From contig JAXGPF010000006.1 of the NCBI GenBank assembly GCA_040767085.1, forward strand, positions 64,001-128,000: DNA of 64,000 nucleotides. The letters run 5' to 3'. Of the stretch, positions 56,338-64,000 are shown piece after piece. The notes below the pieces were generated by a model. The model worked only from the letters and a program-made list of their open reading frames with translations, did no database searches and was not told the DNA's origin. The position numbers and the translations under genes are program-made. Source of the stretch: Kiritimatiellia bacterium (GTDB lineage: Bacteria > Verrucomicrobiota > Kiritimatiellia > JAAZAB01). How positions within the stretch are numbered: the first letter of the stretch is position 1; each line of letters begins with the position of its first letter.

Positions 56338-58215
56338 CTAAAGTTTATGAATCCGCCGCACACTGCCGGCCTGCCCGAATTTGCGGTAAACTTTCGCGGC
56401 CCAGTTGAATGCCCGATCCACCCGTCCGACCAGGGTGATGGGCCGCGGAAACAGCAAGGCCAGGTTCTGCGGCAGGTCGCCGATCCGTAAAATGCCGGGC
56501 AACTCGGGCGTGTCGGGATGCGCATGACTGGCCGGCAGATCGGCCAGAATCACCCCGGCGATTGCCGGATCGAGCAAGGCCGCGTAAACCGCCAGCACGG
56601 CGGTCCGGCCTTCGCCGTAAAGCGTAATCGGTCCGGCAAACGGCTGCTGCCGGACAATTTCGATGCCGTCCAGCAGGTCCGACACCTGGCGCTCGGGCAG
56701 GGACTGGCCCAGCAAGGGATAACTGCGCCGCAGCGTCCAGAGATACCCCGGGCCGACCGAAGTCGCCGCGGTATTGCGGACTTCGACGCAGGCGGTGGCA
56801 TGATTTGCGGTAAGCGCCATTGGCCGGCCGGCGCCGAAATGCCCGGAACGCAGGGACTCCGGCAAGGCAAACGCGACCACCGGCACGCGCGCGGCGGCGC
56901 CGGGGCAGCCGGTTCGCACCCGCAGTTCCAGGTTGTCCGCAGTCCGGAAAACATGGCTGGTAAATTTGATGCCCGCGCGGCTTACGCCGTCCGCGCGGCA
57001 TTCGACCAACTCGGGGCGGGCAGGGAGAGCGATGTTGCGGAATGTCAATTGCCGCATCTTTTTAATGGTTGCCCGCTGCCAGGCCGTCCATGGCTTGCAG
57101 GCGCCCACCGGCGGGGCCGGCGCCCTGAAAGGCAGCAGTTCATCCGCCCGGCGCATATTGTCATGGCGCGGCGGCTGGCCGTTGAACACGCGCAAAATCC
57201 TCTCCGATTCTACCCGGTCGGTCACGTCTTCGGCCACCGGACGCGGATCGTCTTGCAGGTGCCGGTTAAACCACTCGAAAATGGCGCGCCGCTGCTTGGG
57301 CGTGTAACCGTGCGGGGCGACATCTTCCGCCAGGGCCACCTTGTCCGCCGCGCCCAGCCGGGCGTACTGGTGCTTGATCCGCAAATACACGTCCCGGAAG
57401 GCGTAAGGCCGCCAGAGCATATCTTCGGTGCAGGAAGCTATCAGCAGGGGCCGCGGCGCGATCAAGGCGCCGAGATCCGGCGTGCACCACTGGTGATAAT
57501 TGATCCAGAAGGCGCAGTCGCAATGGCCGTCCGTGGCGCGGTCGGCGATCAATTGCTCGATGCTGCCGGTCTGGCAGGACGGCGCCACGCACTTGACCCG
57601 CTCGTCCGCCGCGCCCAGGAACCAGGACATCGCGCCGCCGCCGGAATTGCCGGTGACGCCCAGGCGGCCTGGATCCACATCCCGGCGCGCGACCAGGTAA
57701 TCCAGCGCGCGCATGGCGTTCCACACTTCCATGCCGGCGGGGGTGTAACCCCGGCTGATCCAGTCCCAGCGCCCCAGGCGGTGCGTGCCATGGTGGACGC
57801 CCTGCGCTTCGCCAAGCTGGATCGGATCCAGGATCAACGCCACATAGCCATGCTGGGCGAACCAGCGCGGATGCGCCTGGTATGTCGGGCTGGCCTTGCC
57901 GATGGCATGCCCGCACAAATAAAGCACCGCCGGCAATCGGCCGCCGATTTTTTCCGGCCGGTAAAGATTGCCCGGCACATACGCCCCCGCCAGACTCTGG
58001 AAATGGATTTTCTCGATGACATAGCCCGGCCGCTTCAAACATCCGGTGACCACGGCCTTGAGCGGCGCGCGTTGCGGCAACGGCAGGAGCCCCAGCATTT
58101 CCAGCCATTGGGCGCGGCGCGCGGCCAGACTGCGCTGCCACGCCGCCGCCGCCGCGGGATTAATTAACGAAGAGGACGAAACCCGCCGCGCCTGATTTTT
58201 TATGGATTGATACAT
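56338..58215 (-). CDS. Alpha/beta-hydrolase (acetylxylan-esterase-like, two-domain)
   Basis: GNLYRP, LCGH, RALDYL..R.DVD, GVTGNSGGG nucleophile elbow, IAPRPLLI; GGAGG RBS before ATG 58215. Confidence 0.85.
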   Translation of the reverse strand: MYQSIKNQARRVSSSSLINPAAAAAWQRSLAARRAQWLEMLGLLPLPQRAPLKAVVTGCLKRPGYVIEKIHFQSLAGAYVPGNLYRPEKIGGRLPAVLYLCGHAIGKASPTYQAHPRWFAQHGYVALILDPIQLGEAQGVHHGTHRLGRWDWISRGYTPAGMEVWNAMRALDYLVARRDVDPGRLGVTGNSGGGAMSWFLGAADERVKCVAPSCQTGSIEQLIADRATDGHCDCAFWINYHQWCTPDLGALIAPRPLLIASCTEDMLWRPYAFRDVYLRIKHQYARLGAADKVALAEDVAPHGYTPKQRRAIFEWFNRHLQDDPRPVAEDVTDRVESERILRVFNGQPPRHDNMRRADELLPFRAPAPPVGACKPWTAWQRATIKKMRQLTFRNIALPARPELVECRADGVSRAGIKFTSHVFRTADNLELRVRTGCPGAAARVPVVAFALPESLRSGHFGAGRPMALTANHATACVEVRNTAATSVGPGYLWTLRRSYPLLGQSLPERQVSDLLDGIEIVRQQPFAGPITLYGEGRTAVLAVYAALLDPAIAGVILADLPASHAHPDTPELPGILRIGDLPQNLALLFPRPITLVGRVDRAFNWAAKVYRKFGQAGSVRRIHKL

Positions 58216-58229
58216 TGCTTCCTCCGATT

Positions 58230-58400
58230 TTACTCCACCGTAACGGTTACCGCATCGTATAGAACCATGCCGCCCGGGTAATGCAAAATGCCGTCCATGG
58301 GATAGTCCACGGCAAAATACACATGATACAGACCGCGCGGCAGCGCGGCGGATGCATTGATCCCGCCCGGCGCCGCCGGCAACATGGCGGCCAGGACCAT
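58230..58400 (-). pseudogene. Short ORF resembling an isolated C-terminal beta-domain fragment of a secreted protein
   Basis: GLYHVYFAVDYPMDGIL...YDAVTVTVE* is protein-like, but the upstream frame degrades toward the MITE at 58516. Confidence 0.35.
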
Positions 58401-58515
58401 GGCCGCGGACACCTTGCCGAATCTCCGCCATTTTGCCGGCAATCCTCCTTGCCGCCGGCAGCCAATGCCGGACCCACACCCGTCAATGCGCGAATTCAGA
58501 TTCCCTGAAGAGGCT

Positions 58516-58642
58516 GGAAAATGATTTGGCATTTTCTTGATGGAGCCGGGACGCCTGCCCGCGGATTGGCAGTCTGGCCCTCGTCCCGTTTACGGGCGAC
58601 TTGGTCCGCCAAAGCGCGCAAAAATGCTCCAAGTCATTTTCC
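58516..58642. mobile_element. MITE-like element, second copy (inverted, with an internal insertion)
   Basis: GGAAAATGATTTGGC ... CCAAGTCATTTTCC; the reverse complement aligns to 50689-50792 including aaacgggacg.gggcc and tcccggct.catcaa. Confidence 0.7.
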
Positions 58643-58809
58643 GGTATGGGCGTGAAAACATCCCCGCACGCAAGGGCGCCCCGGGAAATCTGATGTCGAG
58701 TTTTTGCATAATCTTTCTTTCCCGCCACGCAAGGTTGAATGGGTGGGCCTTTCGATATTGGTTCAGTTAATTGCTCGACAGCCACAAGCTCTCTCGCCGA
58801 TTTGGCCGT

Positions 58810-59076
58810 GCGCAGAGATTGGCATCGCGCTTAATCAAGTCCATGTTCAGGATTGTCATTTCCTCTATAATGGCAAGGGATCTATTGTGGTTTTCGAAGA
58901 ATTGCCGGGCAATGGCAACGCGCTTTTGCCAGGGGTATATCTAGCGTGTGCGCTTGCCCTTATTGAGCGGGAAGTAGGGGCTGCTTATTGCGCGTACCGA
59001 TCACCTTCACCGATCCACGCATCTCAGGGCCAAGCCGCCCAAGTTCCTCTTGAAGTTTTTGCACCGTCCACTGCAT
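58810..59076 (-). pseudogene. Decayed small gene, possibly an IS-associated accessory ORF
   Basis: MQWTVQKLQEELGRLGPEMRGSVKVIGTRNKQP / YFPLNKGKRTR*IY..KRVAIARQFFENH / LAIIEEMTILNMDLIK; needs two frameshifts and a stop to read through. Confidence 0.4.
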
Positions 59077-59159
59077 TGCACACTCTGACTCATAATATTT
59101 CAAATAGTTATCCCTAGCATTGCTTTCTCAATTATCCATGTATTAATAATATTGTTTCC

Positions 59160-60428
59160 TCACCAGAATTTGTGGGTGATTACCGGTTCGGGCAATTGCC
59201 CAAGGGTATGATATAGCGCCATTTCCGCGCCATGAAAAGTTCTGAAGCCATAAGATCGTTTGGTAACCACTCGAGCTTTATTGTTCAAGCCCTCGGTTGC
59301 GCCAGTAAAAACCTCGTTTCTGGCTCTGATCCAGTTCAAAAGCAGCTCCTCGTGTTTAGCAATGGTTTTAGCCGCCTTAATGATTGGCGCAATGCGGCTA
59401 CGACAGGCGCGCTTGACCCATGCCTGGAGATAATTACGCGCCCAGGTTGGGCTGTGATAGCTCCAAAAATGCTGAAAGCTTTCCTTGAACAAATAGGCGC
59501 GGCCGGTTTGCAGTCTTGTGCCCAATATCCGATCAAGCATTTCGCGAGCTTTGCCGCGCACGCGGGTTTTGCGGCGCAGCAAGGTCCAGCGCATTTTCTT
59601 GAGTTTTTGCTTGGCCGCCGGACGCGCTGTCATCGCCGCCATATCCCGGCGCCGGACCTCGTCCACGGCGGCATTCAAGGTTTGCACGACATGGAAGCGG
59701 TCAATCATGTGGCAACCGTGGCTGAGGCTCGCAGCAATGACTTTCAGATAAGGTCGCCACATATCGCTACATATATGTCGAATGCCGGCCAGCACGGGTT
59801 TTCCCAAAGATTGCAACCCTTTACGCAGCGCGGCCGCCCGGCGGGTTTGGCCGACCCAGAGCAATCGGCGGCATTGCGCATCAATCTGATAGATCAAGGT
59901 CAGATAGTTCTTGCTCTTTTTACCGTTGCCTACGTGGAGTTCATCAACACCAATCGCCGTTATATTGGCCAATTCCCGGTGCGCCAAGCCCCATTCCACC
60001 ATCCACTCGACCGACCGATAAACCGCCTGCCAACTGACTTTGAAAATCAGCGCCGTCTCTTTCCAGGACAACCTCCGCGCCCAGTTCCCCAAAAAAAGCA
60101 TCAGCGCCTTGCTGTAGGGTCGTTTGCCATCGCTCCAAGGCAGCGCTTCCACCACCACGCCATGTTCGGGGCAATTTACCCGGCGCGGACTATAATGCAA
60201 AAAAGCCGGCACATTCAAAATGGGCACAAACGCCCATATCCGTTCAGGCAGAGTGTCGTATGTCGCCAGCGGTCGCCCGCAACGCGAGCAGCATGCCGCG
60301 CGTTGGCGATGCGGACGAATGCTTATATCCACTTTCCATTGGCCGCGACGATCCAAAACCATACAAGTTTCCTGATAAATAAAACGTTTCAAAGGTTGCA
60401 AACGATTCAAAATTGTTTTAAGTTTCAC
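59160..60428 (-). CDS. ISL3-family transposase
   Basis: CxxC/CxxH zinc finger, GVDE, SDMW, DRFHV, EGLNNK, SYGFR; GTG start after GGAGG; stop inside the IRR. Confidence 0.95.
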   Translation of the reverse strand: MKLKTILNRLQPLKRFIYQETCMVLDRRGQWKVDISIRPHRQRAACCSRCGRPLATYDTLPERIWAFVPILNVPAFLHYSPRRVNCPEHGVVVEALPWSDGKRPYSKALMLFLGNWARRLSWKETALIFKVSWQAVYRSVEWMVEWGLAHRELANITAIGVDELHVGNGKKSKNYLTLIYQIDAQCRRLLWVGQTRRAAALRKGLQSLGKPVLAGIRHICSDMWRPYLKVIAASLSHGCHMIDRFHVVQTLNAAVDEVRRRDMAAMTARPAAKQKLKKMRWTLLRRKTRVRGKAREMLDRILGTRLQTGRAYLFKESFQHFWSYHSPTWARNYLQAWVKRACRSRIAPIIKAAKTIAKHEELLLNWIRARNEVFTGATEGLNNKARVVTKRSYGFRTFHGAEMALYHTLGQLPEPVITHKFW

Positions 60429-60963
60429 CTTGGGCTGGTCCTCCTTTTTTTGTGTTCACCCATTGCATACGCAATGGATTACGGAAAGGCCAGCCTATTT
60501 TTTTGCCGCCGCTTTATCTCCGTTCCGCCATCGCGCCAATCAGGAGTTATTAATCAGGCTGCTGCGGGGCCGCCAAACGCCCAAAGCGGCAGGCTGTTAA
60601 TAACTCCACCATCTTTTGGCGCCATTGCTTGGAGAACTTCTTAAACTTTAAAACCTGTTTTTTACCCACAAATTCTGGTTAGGAGCCATTGTTTTAAGTT
60701 TCACCTTGGGCTGGTCCTCCTTTTTTTGTGTTCACCCATTGCATACGCAATGGATTACGGAAAGGCCAGCCTATTTTTTTGCCGCCGCTTTATCTCCGTT
60801 CCGCCATCGCGCCAATCAGGAGTTATTAATCAGGCTGCTGCGGGGCCGCCAAACGCCCAAAGCGGCAGGCTGTTAATAACTCCACCATCTTTTGGCGCCA
60901 TTGCTTGGAGAACTTCTTAAACTTTAAAACCTGTTTTTTACCCACAAATTCTGGTTAGGAGCC
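60412..60963. repeat. Exact 276-bp tandem duplication of the IS left end
   Basis: 60412-60687 equals 60688-60963 (IRL, leader and first transposase codons). Confidence 0.93.
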
Positions 60964-61752
60964 ATAATATTTAAACCCCCATCGCTTGAAATAACGCCAT
61001 GCGCTGGTAATAAAATACCATGTAAAACGCATGTTTTTATGTGCTGAACGTTCCCAGAAATGCACCACAGCTGTGCCGGGGCAATAAAATGTTTTATGTG
61101 TTTTTTGTACACGCCGACAAAGATCAGTGTCTTCAAAATACAGAAAATATTGTTCATCAAAACCGCCAATATTTTTAAGCACGGATGTCCGGCAAAACAT
61201 AAAAGCTCCGCTGATGGATGGCACTTCACACACTCTCTCATAGCCAATATCACGCATTTCATAAAAATCCATCCGTTTACGGAATAGCGGCTTCAATACG
61301 CCAGGCAGAAATCGGCGAAGAAATAAATCATATATTGATGGATATCGTTTATTTAAGCCTTGAATAGTTCCGTCTTTATTCAATATTTTGGGCGCTACTA
61401 TTCCTGCTTCTGGATTTGCTTCCATAAAACAACGCAATGCCATAAATGTATCTGCCTGCACCGTCATGTCAGAATTCATAATAACAAAATATCGACTGTC
61501 TGATCTTTTCAGATTGAGATTATGGTTTGCGCCATATCCAGCAATTGCATCATTACAAATCAATTCGACTTCCGGATAATCACGGCAAATAAAATCAGAT
61601 GTTCCGTCCACGGACCGGTTGTCAACCAGCAGTATTTTAGCGCTTGCCTGATGCGCCGCCGGCAACAGTGTTGGCAATAGCCTCTCCAAGTGGTGTTTTT
61701 GATTATGGCTAACCAGCGATATAACAATATCTTCTTTATTTACCGAATGCAT
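60955..61752 (-). CDS. GT2 glycosyltransferase (WbbL/rhamnosyltransferase-like)
   Basis: VDNRSVDGT, GYGANHN, MNSD, SGAFM, GGFDEQYFLYFEDTDLC. Confidence 0.9.
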   Translation of the reverse strand: MHSVNKEDIVISLVSHNQKHHLERLLPTLLPAAHQASAKILLVDNRSVDGTSDFICRDYPEVELICNDAIAGYGANHNLNLKRSDSRYFVIMNSDMTVQADTFMALRCFMEANPEAGIVAPKILNKDGTIQGLNKRYPSIYDLFLRRFLPGVLKPLFRKRMDFYEMRDIGYERVCEVPSISGAFMFCRTSVLKNIGGFDEQYFLYFEDTDLCRRVQKTHKTFYCPGTAVVHFWERSAHKNMRFTWYFITSAWRYFKRWGFKYYGS

Positions 61753-61873
61753 TTTCTTAATTGATATTTTCTCCGCTGTTTTTCCCAGGCTGTTCCAGTG
61801 TAAATAATAAACGGTTCAGTAGCATACCATAGAAAACATAAAGTGTTGGAATGACCCCCGGCGTCATAACATA

Positions 61874-62680
61874 ATGACGGGCGAGCAAGCCAAACCGAAA
61901 GGATTATTCCAACAGTAAAATAATACACCATGTTGAAGCAGGTCTGCAATCTTTATCCTGGATTGCGCAGGATTTTTCTGCCGCATTTGGTGAATCGTCT
62001 GGCGCAGGAACACGGCGTTGATAAAAAGAGCAGGACATTTACGCCATGGAGTCATGTGGTGGCATTGCTTTATGTGCATCTGACGCACGCCATGGGCTTG
62101 AACGATGTTTGCGACAGTTTTAAAATGCATAAGGGCGCGTTGGCAACGATCCGAGGCGCCACGCCCCCTGCGCGCAACAATCTGAGCTACTCCAAAATAG
62201 TACGAGTTGCGGCTATGGCGAAAGAGTTGCATTTGGCTATGATTGATTGCCTAATACGGCAAAGCCCAGCTTTTGCGCTCAGCAAAATCCGCAGCGGCTA
62301 TTTGCGGCGTTTTCGCCGCGCCATTCACACATTTGATTCCACAACGATCATACTGGTGGCGAATTGTCTGGACCGGGCCAAACAAAGGCGACAGAAAACG
62401 GCGGCGAAATGTCACTTGCGGCTGAACATGCAAAGTATTCTGCCGTCTTACGGGATTATAGAAAATGCCATATTTCATGATGCCCGCAAAGCGTGGGATC
62501 CATGCGCAAGCCTGCAAAAAGGCGAAATTGTGGCGTTTGACAAGGCTTATGTGGATTTCACCCATCTGCATGAATTGACGGAACGCGGAGTTGCTGAGTG
62601 ACGAGGGCCAAGGATAATATGCGCTATCACATTGTAAAACGGCTGAAGCGAATCGGCAATAAACGGGTTTGGGGTGATTC
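61874..62680 (+). pseudogene. IS4-family transposase remnant (frameshifted and truncated)
   Basis: SRTFTPWSH, RNNLS, FDSTTI, AKCHL, HDA, FDKAY; frameshift near 62600 before VTRAKDNM; C-terminal catalytic Glu region missing. Confidence 0.8.
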
Positions 62681-62801
62681 CTGTGGGACAGCCATGTGTA
62701 CGAAGGGGGGGGGCATAGTGGAATATTACAAATATACCGGAACTGAACTTCTGGATAACAACTCATATTTATCAGGAAATAACGGCTTTTCAGACCATAT
62801 A

Positions 62802-63974
62802 TTAATCTTGTGGAATGCTAGTGTTTACAACATACTTATTATAAAGTCGGTCATAAAGCTTGTTGTAATTATGCACCATGATGTCAACCGAGAATAATGT
62901 CTCTACGCGCGCACGAGCATTATTTCCAATTGCAGATCTTTTCCCAGGATCAACGACTAAACTATCCAATGCACAACAAAACGAATCAATATCATCCAGC
63001 TTGACACAAATACCACCCTGTCTTTTATTTATAATTTCATTTAATGGCCCAATATCATAAACAACGCACGGCAACCCGGTTGCCATCGCTTCGACCAGTG
63101 CCAGCCCGAAGCCCTCAGCCCGTGTTGTCATGGCAAAAATATCAAAAGCCTGAATTACGCGTGGAATATCCGTGCGGAAACCAGTCAATATTATTGATCT
63201 CGACAAACCGGACGCGGCAATCATATTTTCCAAATTCCTGCGTTCATTACCTTCGCCAACTATTACAAATTGCAACATATTGTTTTGCTGCAACATTATA
63301 CGTGCGACATTTATTAGCGCCGAATAGTTTTTTCTATGTATCAGACCGCCGACCGAACCAATTACTATTGCGCTAAGAGACAGCCCTAATTCCTTTCGGA
63401 CATTATTGCACTCACGACGATATTGATCATATTTATTATATTCTATTCCATTATAAATTCTCACAACCTTTTCAATCGATATGTTCATGCTTTTTTGTAT
63501 ATGCTTACAAACACTATCTGACACTCCGACATGAATTACTGCTGTACTGTCTGTTAATTTCTCAAGGCATCTTGCTGCACTATCTCGAAGTTTATTTCCC
63601 ACCATATAATCTTCAACCCCATGATGAGTTGATATTACCATTGGGACACCTGCAATCCGGGCGGCTATTCGGCCGTAAATATTTGCTCGTAAAAGATGAC
63701 AATGCAATATTTCTGGTTTTTTTAAGCGCAACGCCTTAACCAGCGGAAACAAAATGCGCGCATCCAAGAAAGAGCGTGCCATTTTAAAATCAAGGTATTC
63801 AGAACCTGTGCTCTGTATCGTCGCGCTTAAGTCGCGATCAGCCGGCGCGGGATAAAGCGACCATACGGAGAACCTATACCGTTTTTGATCAGAACGTTCA
63901 ACAATCGGAAATAGCACATTGCTTGGTCCATGATTGGCCATGCAAGATGTAATTAGATGACATATTTTTATCAT
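62802..63974 (-). CDS. GT4 glycosyltransferase
   Basis: ILHCH, IYNGI, GFRTDI, EGFGLALVEAMATGLP (EX7E); AT-rich. Confidence 0.92.
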   Translation of the reverse strand: MIKICHLITSCMANHGPSNVLFPIVERSDQKRYRFSVWSLYPAPADRDLSATIQSTGSEYLDFKMARSFLDARILFPLVKALRLKKPEILHCHLLRANIYGRIAARIAGVPMVISTHHGVEDYMVGNKLRDSAARCLEKLTDSTAVIHVGVSDSVCKHIQKSMNISIEKVVRIYNGIEYNKYDQYRRECNNVRKELGLSLSAIVIGSVGGLIHRKNYSALINVARIMLQQNNMLQFVIVGEGNERRNLENMIAASGLSRSIILTGFRTDIPRVIQAFDIFAMTTRAEGFGLALVEAMATGLPCVVYDIGPLNEIINKRQGGICVKLDDIDSFCCALDSLVVDPGKRSAIGNNARARVETLFSVDIMVHNYNKLYDRLYNKYVVNTSIPQD

Positions 63975-64000
63975 TATAAACGAAATGCGATTAATTTATA

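Larger units (their letters stand above)
59154..60963 (-). mobile_element. ISL3-family insertion sequence with 24-bp IRs and 8-bp target-site duplication ATAATATT
   Basis: IRL GGCTCCTAACCAGAATTTGTGGGT versus IRR GTTTCCTCACCAGAATTTGTGGGT (21/24); ATAATATT at 59146-59153 and 60964-60971. Confidence 0.93.

Overview
This is a GC-rich bacterial chromosome segment, probably from a PVC-superphylum organism such as Kiritimatiellota or Lentisphaerota (inferred from the style of the secreted FG-GAP proteins, IS types and intergenic repeats; not proven). Most of it is housekeeping: dinG-family helicase, tRNA-Gly(GCC), pgi, mutS, serS, mutL, tolB-pal, tatA, thiC, mazG, pcm, uppP, rnk, yggT-yggU-uvrC-pyk, msrB-msrA, a DEAD-box helicase, mnmE and queA. 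The standout locus (26.8-35.1 kb) is a GntR-led malonate decarboxylase operon. It also carries a biotin carrier, an OadB/MadB Na+-pump beta subunit and a hidden 39-aa OadG-like membrane peptide, which points to an energy-conserving Na+-pumping malonate decarboxylase. Three large secreted modular proteins are present: a ~266-aa-repeat protein running off the left edge, an FN3/FG-GAP/SGNH protein, and a PPC/FN3/caspase/FG-GAP protein. Intergenic spaces hold several families of non-autonomous repeats: GTAG-REPs, a TIR-bounded MITE pair, periodic hairpins and a ~220-bp element ending in an 8-mer tandem array. The right end becomes AT-rich and contains glycosyltransferases, an IS4 remnant, and a complete ISL3 with an 8-bp target duplication and a 276-bp tandem duplication of its left end. 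No CRISPR array, integrase or reverse transcriptase was seen. All calls are by eye, without database searches.
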